From positions 38,535 through 102,534 of the forward strand of contig BDTM01000016.1 in assembly GCA_002898015.1 (NCBI GenBank): DNA of 64,000 nt, written 5' to 3'. The DNA is from a bacterium BMS3Bbin03 (GTDB lineage: Bacteria; Zhuqueibacterota; JdFR-76; BMS3Abin05). This document shows, one piece after another, positions 29,281-39,847 of the stretch (its first letter is position 1; each line of letters begins with the position of its first letter). Under the pieces are notes generated by a model. The model did not search any database. It had not been told where the DNA came from and was given only the letters and a program-made list of their open reading frames with translations. Position numbers and translations under genes: made by a program.

Positions 29281-29682
29281 ATGACATACACAGAAGTGGC
29301 TCGAAAAGAACTCTCGCTGGCTCAAAAAGTAGAAGCAATTTATCGTTTATTAAAAGGTATTTCATTCGATGACCTCATCGATTCCTATAAAAATGAAGAT
29401 GCCGTCGCGCTGCAGAAATTTGTGTGGGATAAAACCGTCGAAATCGGATTGCGGATGAGAGGGAAAGATTTTAGTCGAAAAGAGATTACCGGACGAATGA
29501 TTCCCACACCGGTTTACCAGCGGCAGCAGGGCTGTTCGGAACGGATTTATTACTGCAAGGCCACCCTGTGCATTCTTTCCAACCCCAAATGTGCCCGGAA
29601 AAAATTAAAAGGGCAATTTCGGATCTTGCAGGATTCGGTTCAGGAATGGATTTATGCCTCCGGCCGGGAATTGAATGTTTGA
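29281..29682 (+). CDS. Hypothetical Cys-rich protein (133 aa)
   Basis: Last ORF of the cluster, with a C-x7-C-x4-C-x6-C cluster (CSERIYYCKATLCILSNPKC). I recognise no family. Confidence 0.5.
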   Translation: MTYTEVARKELSLAQKVEAIYRLLKGISFDDLIDSYKNEDAVALQKFVWDKTVEIGLRMRGKDFSRKEITGRMIPTPVYQRQQGCSERIYYCKATLCILSNPKCARKKLKGQFRILQDSVQEWIYASGRELNV

Positions 29683-29800
29683 AAAATGACCGCCTGAGAT
29701 CCCTCGAATTTTACCGGAATTAAAAGCAAATGCACTTAATTTTTTGGGGAATTATTCTTTTTGCCGCCGCGGCGATGAATTATTTGGGATTGAAAAAATA

Positions 29801-29829
29801 TTGACATTACTTTAAAAAGTTTTTATATT
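29801..29829 (+). promoter_or_regulatory. Near-consensus sigma-70-type promoter for tRNA-Leu / tig operon
   Basis: TTGACA (29801-29806), an exact 17-nt spacer, then TATATT (29824-29829). It lies about 68 nt upstream of the tRNA. Confidence 0.6.
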
Positions 29830-29897
29830 TAAACGTTTGAAAAACGGGTAATTTTAAAAGACTCTCCGGCTTTTCGGAGAGCTTTTTGCATATACCT

Positions 29898-29980
<83 letters not shown>

Positions 29981-30030
29981 TTGCGCCAATACCGTTAAAA
30001 ATTTTAGTGAAAATAAAAGAAGAGGAAACA

Positions 30031-31299
30031 TTGGATTATTCGGTTAACGAAGTTCAGGCGTGGTTAAGAGAAATCAAACTGCATGTGCCTGCGGAAGAAA
30101 TTCAGCAGAAAACAGACGAAAAAATAAAAGAGCTTCGGCAGAAAATCAGCATCCCCGGTTTTCGAAAAGGGAAAGCACCGGTTGATATGATTCGTTTGCG
30201 CTTTGGGAAAGCTATTTTAGAAGAAATGCTTGAAGATGTCATTCAGGATTCTTTTCGGGAAATCGTCGAAAAAGAGAATCTGGAGATTATTCGTTCTCCG
30301 GAAGTAAGAGAACAGAATTGGGATGACCATAAAGGTCTGGATGTCACGTTCGAAGTGGAGATTGAACCGGATATTGAATTGAAGAAGTACACCGGTTTGT
30401 ATTTAACAAAGGAAATTCACCAAATTGCCGATGATGAAATAGATAAGGCCATCGAACGCCTGCGTGAAAAAAATGCAGTCGTTCAGCCGGTTGAAGAGGG
30501 CGCTGAATTAGGCGACTATGTCCATGCTGATTTACAAGAGGTAGATGCCGGGGGGCTTCCGATCTTAGGACATAAAGCCGAAGATATTGAATTCCCGCTT
30601 GGCGAGGGCGCTTTTGACAAAGAATTCGGAGAGCAGTTACTCGGCGTTAAAAAAGACGAAGAGCGCAGAATTGTCGATCCCGAAGAAGGCAAAGAGGACA
30701 GATATTACGCTGTAAAAGTTAAAGACGTGACGCGGCACATTTTGCCGGAAATCAATGACGATTTCGCAAAAGATTTGGGCGACTATGAATCGATTGAAGA
30801 TTTGCGGCAGAAAATTCTGGGCTATTTGGAGGAGGAAAACAAACGCCGTTCGCAAGAGAATCTTATCGACAGTTTGATCAGTGCATTAATTTCCGAAAAT
30901 CCTTTTGAAGTGCCGCCTCAAATGATTGATAATCTCCTCGATGTCTATGTTGAGGATATCAAGAAGCAGGCAAAATCAGATTTTGATGTGGATGGTTTTA
31001 AAGAATCTGAGAAACCGACTGCAATTCGTTCCATAAAGTGGTATCTTATTCAAAAGAAACTGGCGGAATTGGAAAACCTCCAGGTGACCGATGCAGATGT
31101 AGAGGCTTACATAGAAAAATTGGCAGAAGAGAAAAATCAAAGCCTTAAAAAATTGAAAGCAAAATACAGTTTGAAAAACAGACGTGAAAAACTTAAGGAC
31201 AGGCTCCAGGAAGAAAAAATCATTGATTTTCTGTTGAAAAATTCAGAGATTGAAGAAGTGGAGATTAAATCGACAGAACAAAAAATTTTGACGGATTAG
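30031..31299 (+). CDS. tig: Trigger factor
   Basis: IPGFRKGKAP motif and conserved position before clpP-clpX. The track start (29941) lies inside the tRNA. TTG 30031 (after AGAGGA) or GTG 30007 is more plausible. Confidence 0.9.
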   Translation: MDYSVNEVQAWLREIKLHVPAEEIQQKTDEKIKELRQKISIPGFRKGKAPVDMIRLRFGKAILEEMLEDVIQDSFREIVEKENLEIIRSPEVREQNWDDHKGLDVTFEVEIEPDIELKKYTGLYLTKEIHQIADDEIDKAIERLREKNAVVQPVEEGAELGDYVHADLQEVDAGGLPILGHKAEDIEFPLGEGAFDKEFGEQLLGVKKDEERRIVDPEEGKEDRYYAVKVKDVTRHILPEINDDFAKDLGDYESIEDLRQKILGYLEEENKRRSQENLIDSLISALISENPFEVPPQMIDNLLDVYVEDIKKQAKSDFDVDGFKESEKPTAIRSIKWYLIQKKLAELENLQVTDADVEAYIEKLAEEKNQSLKKLKAKYSLKNRREKLKDRLQEEKIIDFLLKNSEIEEVEIKSTEQKILTD

Positions 31300-31318
31300 T
31301 TAAAAAAAAGGATAGTTT

Positions 31319-31924
31319 ATGGGATTGGTTCCAATCGTTATTGAGCAAACGGGACGGGGTGAACGTGCCTTTGACATATTTTCGAGACTTTTAAAAGAGC
31401 GCATTATTTTTATCGGCTCACCCATTGATGATGTGGTGGCCAGTTTAACCATCGCTCAATTGCTCTTTCTGGAGGCGGAAGATCCGGAAAAGGACATTTT
31501 CCTGTACTTAAATACGCCGGGCGGGTACATCTCGGCCGGACTGGCAATTTACGACACGATTCAGTACATCAAGCCGGATGTGGCCACGATTTGCATGGGA
31601 CAGGCGGCCAGTATGGGTGCTGTTCTTCTGGCATCCGGTGCTCCGGGAAAACGTTCTGCGCTGCCTCATTCCAGAATCATGATTCACCAGCCGATGGGGG
31701 GCGCCCAGGGTCAGGCATCGGATATTGAAATCCATGCGAGGGAAATCTTGACGCTGCGCCAAAAATTGAATGAAATCCTTTCATTGCATACCGGTCAGTC
31801 CATGGAAAAAATCGAGAAGGATACGGACCGGAATTACTTTATGTCTTCTCAAGAAGCAAAGGACTACGGGCTTATTGATGAAATTCTCATGAAGAAAGAA
31901 AAGAGCAAGAAGAAGAAAAAATAG
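31319..31924 (+). CDS. clpP: ATP-dependent Clp protease proteolytic subunit
   Basis: [27 protein letters not shown] (Ser) and IMIHQP (His). Confidence 0.95.
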   Translation: MGLVPIVIEQTGRGERAFDIFSRLLKERIIFIGSPIDDVVASLTIAQLLFLEAEDPEKDIFLYLNTPGGYISAGLAIYDTIQYIKPDVATICMGQAASMGAVLLASGAPGKRSALPHSRIMIHQPMGGAQGQASDIEIHAREILTLRQKLNEILSLHTGQSMEKIEKDTDRNYFMSSQEAKDYGLIDEILMKKEKSKKKKK

Positions 31925-31938
31925 TGGAGCGAATTATT

Positions 31939-33183
31939 ATGGCCAATACCAGGCGGGAAAAGATTTATATTTGTTCTTTTTGTGGAAAAAATTCCAATCA
32001 GGTAGATGCGATTATCACCGGGCCTGGGGTGTACATCTGCAATGAATGCGTGTATAATGCCATGGAGATTCTGAAGAACGATCTCATGCGCCGTACGGTA
32101 ACCGATCACAAAAATATGCCGACGCCCGCCGAAATTAAAGCGGAATTGGACAATTATGTGATCGGCCAGGATCAGGCGAAGAAAACCCTTTCCGTGGCTA
32201 TTTATAACCATTACAAACGGGTTGCATCGCAGGAGTTTTATGATGACGATGAACTGGAAAAGAGCAATATTTTATTAATCGGCCCCACAGGCACGGGGAA
32301 AACACTGCTGGCTCAAACTTTGGCTCGATTTCTTCAGGTTCCCTTTACGATTGCAGATGCCACCACGCTCACCGAAGCGGGCTACGTGGGCGAAGATGTG
32401 GAGAATATTTTGGTTCGGCTGCTTCAGGCGGCGGACTACGACATTGAGCGGGCGGAGCAGGGCATTATTTATATCGATGAAATCGATAAAATTGCGCGTA
32501 AGGGCGGAAACCCTTCAATTACACGAGACGTCTCCGGGGAAGGTGTTCAGCAGGCTTTATTAAAGATTTTAGAGGGCACGATTGCTTCGGTCCCGCCCAA
32601 AGGAGGGCGGAAACATCCGGAACAGAGTTTAATCAATATCAATACGAAAAATATTCTTTTTATTGTGGGCGGGGCTTTCGAAGGCATCGATAAAATTATC
32701 GAGTCCCGTCTCAACAAGATGTCCATCGGCTTCGGCGTCGATATTAAAAGGAAATCCGAGCGTAAAATAGGCGAAATATTGCGGCGTGTGGAACCGGAGG
32801 ATTTGCTTTGCTTCGGACTAATTCCTGAACTGATCGGCCGGCTGCCGATCATCAGTGCGCTGGACGAACTGAATGCAGATGCATTGCTGACCATTCTCAG
32901 GAAGCCGAAAAATGCAATTACCAAGCAGTATAAACGCCTGTTTGAGATGGAGGGAGTTGTGCTGCACTTTGATGAAGATGCCCTGAAAGCGGTGGTTGAT
33001 ATTGCCCAGAAACGCGGGACAGGAGCCCGCGCACTCCGTACCGTTATGGAAGATGCCATGCTGGACATCATGTTCGAATTGCCGACGATCCAGAGTGTAA
33101 AAGAATGTCTTGTCACAAAAGAAGTGATTACGAAAAAGAAAGAACCCATTTTAAAAATTAAAGAAGTCAAGAAACGCGCTTAG
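31939..33183 (+). CDS. clpX: ATP-dependent Clp protease ATP-binding subunit ClpX
   Basis: Zn finger CSFCGK...CNEC, Walker A GPTGTGKT, and IIYIDEIDK. The ATG at 31939 follows GGAG (track start 31924). Confidence 0.95.
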   Translation: MANTRREKIYICSFCGKNSNQVDAIITGPGVYICNECVYNAMEILKNDLMRRTVTDHKNMPTPAEIKAELDNYVIGQDQAKKTLSVAIYNHYKRVASQEFYDDDELEKSNILLIGPTGTGKTLLAQTLARFLQVPFTIADATTLTEAGYVGEDVENILVRLLQAADYDIERAEQGIIYIDEIDKIARKGGNPSITRDVSGEGVQQALLKILEGTIASVPPKGGRKHPEQSLININTKNILFIVGGAFEGIDKIIESRLNKMSIGFGVDIKRKSERKIGEILRRVEPEDLLCFGLIPELIGRLPIISALDELNADALLTILRKPKNAITKQYKRLFEMEGVVLHFDEDALKAVVDIAQKRGTGARALRTVMEDAMLDIMFELPTIQSVKECLVTKEVITKKKEPILKIKEVKKRA

Positions 33184-33216
33184 GGGGAGAGGCTAAAAGA
33201 ACCGAGAAAACTATTT

Positions 33217-35574
33217 ATGCAAAAAATCGAAAGAGACGATGTAACCATCGAAATCAATAACAAGCTACCGGTGCTTCCGCTCAAGGAAACGGTAGTTTTT
33301 CCATATATGATCTATCCGCTTCTGGTTGGTCGCGAATCTTCGACCCATGCCCTTCAAGAGGCCTTGATGAGCGATAAACTCATTTTTCTGGTCGCCCAAA
33401 AGGATGTTCAGGAAGAAAGTCCGTTGGCCAGAGATCTGTACCGCGTGGGTGTTGTGGCCAGAGTTTTGCAGATTTTAAAATTGCCCAACGGCCTTGTGAA
33501 GGTTCTGGTTGAAGGAATTGTGCGGGCACGGGTAAGGCGTTACTGGAAAATTGAGGATTTTTATCGCAGTACAATTGAGATCGTCCCGGAAACGCTGAAG
33601 GCCAACACAAAAATTGAAGCCGGACTTCGGCATGTGCTGACGTTATTCAAAGAATACATTCTTCTGAACCGGGATGTACCTGACGAACTGATTCTAACGG
33701 TCGGAAGTCTCGAGAATCCCCATCGGATCACGGATTTTATCGCGGCTCATGTCACCCAAAAAATGTCTGATAAACAGCGGCTGCTTGAGGTGAAATCGCT
33801 TCTGCAGGAATTACTTGAACTTTCCCGTATTTTAGAATCTGAAAAAGAGATTTTGCAAATTGAGCGAAATATCGATGACCAGGTTCGCGACCGGATGCAG
33901 AAATCCCAGAGGAATTACTATTTGCAGGAACAGCTTCGTGTGATTAAGCAGGAATTGGGCGAAGAAGATGAAGTTGTCGGCGATGTTCAGCTTTTAATGC
34001 AGAAGATTAAAAAAGCCGGCATGCCGGAGAACGTGAAGGAGAAAGCTTACGAAGAAATTGACAAACTGAAATTCACGCCGACGATGTCACCCGAATACAC
34101 GGTCACCCGGAATTATCTCGATTGGCTGCTGGCCATGCCCTGGAAAAAACGGACCAAGGATAATTTGGATCTAAAAAATGTCCAGAAAGCGCTTGATTCT
34201 GACCATTACGGCCTGCAGAAAGCCAAGGAAAGAATTCTGGAGCATCTGGCTGTTATGAAGCTGGTAAAACGGGTGAAGGGTCCCATCCTTTGCCTGGTCG
34301 GCCCGCCCGGTGTCGGGAAAACCTCGCTGGGCCGTTCCATCGCGCGGGCAATGAAGCGGAATTTTATCCGTGTGTCTCTGGGGGGTGTTCGCGATGAAGC
34401 CGAAATTCGGGGTCACCGGAAGACGTATATTGGTTCCATGCCGGGGCGTATTATTCAATCCATTAAAAAAGCGGGCACACGAAATCCCGTGTTTCTATTG
34501 GATGAAATTGACAAAATGAGTGTCGATTTCCGGGGTGATCCTTCAGCCGCCCTGTTGGAAGTACTCGATCCCGAACAAAACAGAAATTTCAGCGATCACT
34601 ATCTGGAAGTTGAGTTCGATCTTTCGGAAGTCATGTTCATCACAACGGCCAATGTCCGGTATAATATTCCGCTGCCTTTAATCGATCGTATGGAGATCAT
34701 CGAACTTCCCGGGTACATGGAATTCGACAAGTTGGAAATTGCCAAAAAGTTTTTGCTGCCGAAACAAATGAAGGAGACCGGTCTCACCCCCGAGAATATT
34801 CGCATTTCCGATCAGGCGATCATGATGATTATTCGGGAATACACCCGTGAAGCCGGCGTTCGAAATATAGAGCGAAGTCTTTCAACGATTTGCCGAAAAG
34901 TGGCGCGAAAAATCGTTTCAAACCCCAATAAGATGTTTTATTCCATTACAGCCAAAAGTCTGGAAGATTATTTGGGTGTGCCCAAAGTACCCGAAAAGAC
35001 CATCGAGGAAGAAGAACTCATCGGTGCCGCCATTGGATTGGCCTGGACGGAGTTCGGGGGAGACATTTTGACGATCGAAGCCACGCCGATGGAGGGGAAG
35101 GCGGGATTGATACTGACGGGGAAACTGGGCGATGTGATGAAAGAGTCCGGACAGGCGGCGTTGAGCTTTGTGCGTTCAAATGCGAAGCGTTTTGGGATCG
35201 ATCCGAAATATTTTCAAAACCATGAAATTCACATTCATGTGCCGGAGGGGGCCATTCCAAAAGACGGCCCGTCGGCCGGGATTACAATGGCTCTCGCAAT
35301 GGTTTCGGCCATTATGAAGAAGGCCGTTTACCGGAATATTGCCATGACCGGTGAGATTACACTGCGCGGGCACGTGCTGCCGATCGGCGGTTTGAACGAA
35401 AAATTACTGGCTGCCCGCCGGGCAGGCATAAAAACGGTTCTTATCCCGGCAAAAAATGAGAAGGATCTGACGGAAGTTCCGCAAAAAATTAAAAAGGGCC
35501 TGGACATAAAATTGATTAATCACATGGATGATGTGCTGCGGCTGGCGATGAGGGACGGTTTTTCCATCTCTTAA
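33217..35574 (+). CDS. lon: Lon protease (LonA)
   Basis: LON N-domain, GPPGVGKTS Walker A, and protease Ser in [10 protein letters not shown]. Confidence 0.95.
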   Translation: MQKIERDDVTIEINNKLPVLPLKETVVFPYMIYPLLVGRESSTHALQEALMSDKLIFLVAQKDVQEESPLARDLYRVGVVARVLQILKLPNGLVKVLVEGIVRARVRRYWKIEDFYRSTIEIVPETLKANTKIEAGLRHVLTLFKEYILLNRDVPDELILTVGSLENPHRITDFIAAHVTQKMSDKQRLLEVKSLLQELLELSRILESEKEILQIERNIDDQVRDRMQKSQRNYYLQEQLRVIKQELGEEDEVVGDVQLLMQKIKKAGMPENVKEKAYEEIDKLKFTPTMSPEYTVTRNYLDWLLAMPWKKRTKDNLDLKNVQKALDSDHYGLQKAKERILEHLAVMKLVKRVKGPILCLVGPPGVGKTSLGRSIARAMKRNFIRVSLGGVRDEAEIRGHRKTYIGSMPGRIIQSIKKAGTRNPVFLLDEIDKMSVDFRGDPSAALLEVLDPEQNRNFSDHYLEVEFDLSEVMFITTANVRYNIPLPLIDRMEIIELPGYMEFDKLEIAKKFLLPKQMKETGLTPENIRISDQAIMMIIREYTREAGVRNIERSLSTICRKVARKIVSNPNKMFYSITAKSLEDYLGVPKVPEKTIEEEELIGAAIGLAWTEFGGDILTIEATPMEGKAGLILTGKLGDVMKESGQAALSFVRSNAKRFGIDPKYFQNHEIHIHVPEGAIPKDGPSAGITMALAMVSAIMKKAVYRNIAMTGEITLRGHVLPIGGLNEKLLAARRAGIKTVLIPAKNEKDLTEVPQKIKKGLDIKLINHMDDVLRLAMRDGFSIS

Positions 35575-35684
35575 ACGGCAGGTACATCTTGAGAATGGAA
35601 GGAAATCAGGCTCCTGTTCGAATTGTAAAAATGCTCCCTCCGATTTTTATCCTGTCCATTTTATCAAAAAATTAATAAAAGACG

Positions 35685-36275
35685 ATGAAAAATCACCGGA
35701 CAAAATTTATTAAAAGTGTGCTTAATCTACATGATTTACCGAAAGACCGGTTTCCGCAGATTGCTTTTTCCGGACGGTCGAACGTGGGGAAATCGTCGCT
35801 GATCAATGTCATTTTAAATCAAAAAAGCCTGGTCAAAATAAGTTCAACGCCCGGTAAAACGAGGAGTCTCAATTTCTTTTTAATCGACGATCAATTTTAT
35901 CTGGTGGATTTACCGGGGTACGGATTTGCAAAAGTGTCAAAAAATGAGAAACTTCGGTGGCGGCGGCTCATTGAAGGTTATCTATCCGCCTCCGAGAATC
36001 TTAAAGGCACAATTCTTATTATTGACGCGAGGATCGGCTTTACAGAACTGGATCGAATGATGGTTTCCTGGCTGAGAGAAATTGAACGGCCATTCCGGGT
36101 CGTTGCCACTAAAATTGACAAACTCTCCCGGAATGAACAGACAAAACAGTTGAAAAAAATAAACCGATGGCTTGATGAAATTAAAACGGAGTCCGCCATT
36201 CCGTTTTCAGCAAAAACAAAAGAGGGAAAAACGGCCGTCTGGAAAGTGTTGAATGCGTTTATGCAGCATCCGTAA
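35685..36275 (+). CDS. engB: Ribosome biogenesis GTP-binding protein YihA/YsxC
   Basis: GRSNVGKSSLIN, DLPGYGFA and ATKIDK motifs. Confidence 0.9.
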   Translation: MKNHRTKFIKSVLNLHDLPKDRFPQIAFSGRSNVGKSSLINVILNQKSLVKISSTPGKTRSLNFFLIDDQFYLVDLPGYGFAKVSKNEKLRWRRLIEGYLSASENLKGTILIIDARIGFTELDRMMVSWLREIERPFRVVATKIDKLSRNEQTKQLKKINRWLDEIKTESAIPFSAKTKEGKTAVWKVLNAFMQHP

Positions 36276-36305
36276 ACAGGTTTTTAAAGCGAAAGGGCAA
36301 ATGTA

Positions 36306-37448
36306 ATGAAAATACGATTGTTTACACCCGGTCCGACACCGGTTCCGGAGAAGGTCATGACTCGCATGGCCGACCCTATTCTTCATCATCGCACGAAAGA
36401 ATTTTCAAATATTTTTACGGAAGTTTCCGAAATATTAAAAGAACTTTTTCAGACGAAGGAAGACGTGATTATTTTAACCTCTTCCGGGACGGGAGCCATG
36501 GAGGCGGCTGTGGCAAACCATCTGAATCCGGGTGACGAGGTGTTGACGATTGAAGGGGGAAAATTCGGTGAACGTTGGGGAGAATTGTGCGAAGCTTATG
36601 GCGTGAAAGCGGTCCGAAAAGCCGTTCCCTGGGGCAGGGCTTTTACGCCGGATGAGATGAGAGAAACGTTGGAGAAAAAATCCGATTACAAGGCGGTTTT
36701 TCTCACACACAGCGAAACGTCCACCGGTGCGGCTATTGATCTCAGAAAAATATCGGAAGTGATCCACGCTAAAAGTGATGCCTTAATTATTGTGGATGGG
36801 ATCACATCGATTGGGGCGATGCCTTTAAAAATGGATGCCTGGGGGCTGGATGTCGTTATTACCGGCTCACAAAAGGGGCTGATGATTCCGCCGGGTCTGG
36901 CCTTTATCGCCCTGAGCAGACGGGCGTTGAAAGCGATGGAAGCCTGCCGGCAGCCGCGTTACTATTTTGATTTGCGCAAAGCCGTAAAATCCCTGCAAAG
37001 CCGGACAACCCCTTTCACACCCGCCGTCACATTGATTACAGGCCTGTTGGAAGCCCTGCGCATGATTCAGACGGAGGGTTTGGAAAATGTCTGGAAACGC
37101 CACGCTATTCTGGCGGATTCTACACGAAAGGCGGTTCGTGCCCTGGGTTTGGAATTGCTGGCGGATTCTCCGTCCAATGCGTTGACCGCTGTAAAAATTC
37201 CTGAACTGCTTTTATCCGCCGGAATTGACGGGCGTATGAAAGCGAAAGGTGTGATTGTGGCCGGCGGACAGAGTAAGTTGAAAGGCAAAATATTCCGCAT
37301 TTCTCATCTCGGTTATTATGATATTCAAGACATGTTTGCCGCGATCGGCACGCTGGAAGAAGTTTTGCAGGAAGAAAATTGGAATTTCGAGCCGGGAACC
37401 GGTGTTAAAATCTTGCAAACAAATTATTTACGTCTTATTCGAAAATGA
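36306..37448 (+). CDS. Class V aminotransferase (serine-glyoxylate / phosphoserine aminotransferase-like)
   Basis: FTPGPTPVPEKV N-terminus and the PLP-Lys context GSQKGL. It sits directly upstream of serA. Confidence 0.8.
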   Translation: MKIRLFTPGPTPVPEKVMTRMADPILHHRTKEFSNIFTEVSEILKELFQTKEDVIILTSSGTGAMEAAVANHLNPGDEVLTIEGGKFGERWGELCEAYGVKAVRKAVPWGRAFTPDEMRETLEKKSDYKAVFLTHSETSTGAAIDLRKISEVIHAKSDALIIVDGITSIGAMPLKMDAWGLDVVITGSQKGLMIPPGLAFIALSRRALKAMEACRQPRYYFDLRKAVKSLQSRTTPFTPAVTLITGLLEALRMIQTEGLENVWKRHAILADSTRKAVRALGLELLADSPSNALTAVKIPELLLSAGIDGRMKAKGVIVAGGQSKLKGKIFRISHLGYYDIQDMFAAIGTLEEVLQEENWNFEPGTGVKILQTNYLRLIRK

Positions 37449-37465
37449 GTCTGGAAGGAGATAAG

Positions 37466-38431
37466 ATGGAAGAAACAATTAAAATTTTAATCCCGGATGA
37501 TCTGCCCAAAGCCTGTATGGATACCTTTGAATCGGCAGGATTTGCGGTTACTTTTGAACCCGACCTTTCTCCGGAGGCGCTTTTGGCGAAGGTGAAAGAC
37601 TACGATGGAATGGTGGTTCGGAGTCGAGTCAAAGTGACCCGCGAAATAATTGAAAGCTCGGATCGCTTAAAATTAATCGGCAGGGCCGGCGTTGGCTACG
37701 ATAATATCGATGTGGAGGCGGCCACAGAAAGAGGCGTGGCGGTTATGAATGTTCCGGGCGCAAATGCAGTCTCTGTGGCGGAGCTTACGATGGTTATGAT
37801 GCTCAGTTTGGCCCGAAATCTGATCGAGGCCAACGAATCTACAAAGGCCGGGAAGTGGGAGAAAAAGCGCTTTAAAGGAAATGAAATCATGGGAAAGACC
37901 CTGGGGTTGATTGGTCTTGGCAAAGTCGGTGTCGAGGTGGCCAAACGCGGCATCGGGTTCGGCATGAAAGTGATCGCGAACGATCCCCGCTTCACATCTG
38001 ATTCGGCTGTTCCTTTCGGTGCAAAAATTATTGATCTGGACCAATTGCTGGGACAATCGGATTACATCTCGCTGCATTTACCTTTAACCGAAAATACGTA
38101 TCACATGCTGAATGAACAGACACTCAACCGCTGTAAGCGAGGTGTGCGGATTGTCAATTGTGCAAGGGGCGAAATTATCGATGAGCAGGCACTTTACGAA
38201 GCCATTCAATCGGGACAGGTGGCCGGAGCGGCGCTGGATGTTTATGAAAAAGAACCTCCTAAAGACAGCCCGCTGCGGGAATTGACGAATGTAATCATGA
38301 CGCCGCATATTGGGGCTTCTACTGTGGAAGCGCAAATTCGGGTGGCGATAAATGTGGCCCGCCAGATGGTCAATTTCTTTAAAGAAGAAAAAATTGAAAA
38401 TGTGGTGAATCCGGAGGCCATTTTAAAATAG
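37466..38431 (+). CDS. serA: D-3-phosphoglycerate dehydrogenase (short form, no ACT domain)
   Basis: GLIGLGKVGVEVA NAD fold, NCARGEIID, and TPHIGAST. The ATG at 37466 follows GGAAGGAGA (track start 37445). Confidence 0.85.
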   Translation: MEETIKILIPDDLPKACMDTFESAGFAVTFEPDLSPEALLAKVKDYDGMVVRSRVKVTREIIESSDRLKLIGRAGVGYDNIDVEAATERGVAVMNVPGANAVSVAELTMVMMLSLARNLIEANESTKAGKWEKKRFKGNEIMGKTLGLIGLGKVGVEVAKRGIGFGMKVIANDPRFTSDSAVPFGAKIIDLDQLLGQSDYISLHLPLTENTYHMLNEQTLNRCKRGVRIVNCARGEIIDEQALYEAIQSGQVAGAALDVYEKEPPKDSPLRELTNVIMTPHIGASTVEAQIRVAINVARQMVNFFKEEKIENVVNPEAILK

Positions 38432-38440
38432 AGAAAGACC

Positions 38441-38851
38441 ATGAAAATTCTCATGCTTTATGTGAATCGATTTTCATATAAAACCGCTTCGAAAGGTCTT
38501 GAAGGCGTTCCTGATCTTGATGAAGAAAATGAATTTAAAAATGCGGTTGTCGGGTTTGTACATCTGGAAGAAAAGGACGAAGAATCTGTCGCCGGCGCCA
38601 TCACAAAGTTAATCAAAAACCTGAAATGGCTGGCCGGAAAATGGAACACAAAAACGGTTGTACTGCACTCTTTTGCACATCTGGCGGAGAGCAAGGCATC
38701 TGCGGAGACTGTGGGGGAAGTGTTTGCCCGGGCGCGGGCGCGTCTGGAGGCCTCCGGCTACACGGTTGGCGAAACCCCTATCGGCTATTTCCTGGATCTT
38801 CATGTGGATGCGCCCGGTAAATCTCTGGCCCGCGTGTGGAAATCGTTTTGA
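38441..38851 (+). CDS. Free-standing archaeal-type threonyl-tRNA synthetase editing domain homologue (tRNA-Thr-ED-like)
   Basis: 136 aa, colinear with my memory of the Pyrococcus ThrRS N-terminal editing domain. MKILMLYVNRFSYKT matches MRVLLIHSDYIEYEV. VVLHSFAHLAES matches VFVYPFAHLSSE. GETPIGYFLDLHVDAPGKSLA matches [21 protein letters not shown]. Confidence 0.65.
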   Translation: MKILMLYVNRFSYKTASKGLEGVPDLDEENEFKNAVVGFVHLEEKDEESVAGAITKLIKNLKWLAGKWNTKTVVLHSFAHLAESKASAETVGEVFARARARLEASGYTVGETPIGYFLDLHVDAPGKSLARVWKSF

Positions 38852-38944
38852 AAAGAAAAATTAGTGAAATGGAATGCGGATGGCACTGGGATTACGGATT
38901 TTCGCTGATGTGACAATTTGAAGAAAAAGAGATAATCCAAACAC

Positions 38945-39772
38945 ATGCCGCTTGTTTCCGTTATTATTCCGACTTATAACCGGAGTCGATGGATCGGAAA
39001 GGCTGTTGAATCTGTCCTGAATCAGACGTTTCAGGATTTTGAGCTCATTGTGGTGGATGATGGCTCTACAGACGACACCGGTGAGAAATTAAGCCCCTAT
39101 TTAAATCGGATTGTGCTTTTATCGCAGCCGAACCGGGGGGTGAGCGCCGCCCGAAATCTGGGAGTTCGGCGCGCGTCGGGGAAGTACTTCTGTTTTCTGG
39201 ATTCGGATGACTTGTGGCGATCGCGGAAGCTTGAGATTCAGTTGGCCAAAATGCACGAGAAACCGGAATACAAGGTGAGTTACACAGATGAAATCTGGAT
39301 CCGAAACGGCAAATGGGCCAATCCTAAAAAACGCCACCAAAAATATTCCGGTTGGATTTTCCGGAAATTGCTGCCCCTGTGTATCATCAGCCCCTCTTCA
39401 ATTATGATTAAACAAACGGTTTTTGAGGCAGCCGGTCTTTTTGACGAATCGCTTCCGGCGGGTGAAGATTATGATCTCTGGCTTCGAATCGGCAGCCGGT
39501 ATCCGATTTTATTCATTCCGCAGAAATTAATTATCAAGCACGGGGGGCACTCCGATCAACTCTCACAAAAATACTGGGGCCTGGATCGATTTCGGGTGCG
39601 ATCTATTGTGAAGGTGCTGGGGAAAGGCAATCTTTCGGCAGAAGACGAACGGGCAGCCTGTGAAATGCTTGTGCAAAAATGCGGTATTTTGGCGGCGGGG
39701 TGCGCCAAACGCGGCAAATTGAAAGAGGCAGCTTACTATCAAAAGATTGCAGAGAAATATTCTGTCGATTAA
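38945..39772 (+). CDS. Family 2 glycosyltransferase
   Basis: VSVIIPTYNR, VVDDGSTDDT and FLDSDD motifs. Confidence 0.85.
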   Translation: MPLVSVIIPTYNRSRWIGKAVESVLNQTFQDFELIVVDDGSTDDTGEKLSPYLNRIVLLSQPNRGVSAARNLGVRRASGKYFCFLDSDDLWRSRKLEIQLAKMHEKPEYKVSYTDEIWIRNGKWANPKKRHQKYSGWIFRKLLPLCIISPSSIMIKQTVFEAAGLFDESLPAGEDYDLWLRIGSRYPILFIPQKLIIKHGGHSDQLSQKYWGLDRFRVRSIVKVLGKGNLSAEDERAACEMLVQKCGILAAGCAKRGKLKEAAYYQKIAEKYSVD

Positions 39773-39847
39773 ATCAATGGCTGTTGGATCGATGGGACAG
39801 CTCGTTGGTTTTAAGTTATTTAATGCAATAGTGATGGGAAAAATGAA

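Noticed and set aside
38881-38896. Sigma-54-like element TGGCACTGGGATTACG upstream of the glycosyltransferase gene.
   Set aside because: The -24 half is perfect, but the -12 half reads TTAC instead of TTGC and so loses the near-invariant GC. There is no upstream dyad and no functional rationale. It may be a chance match.
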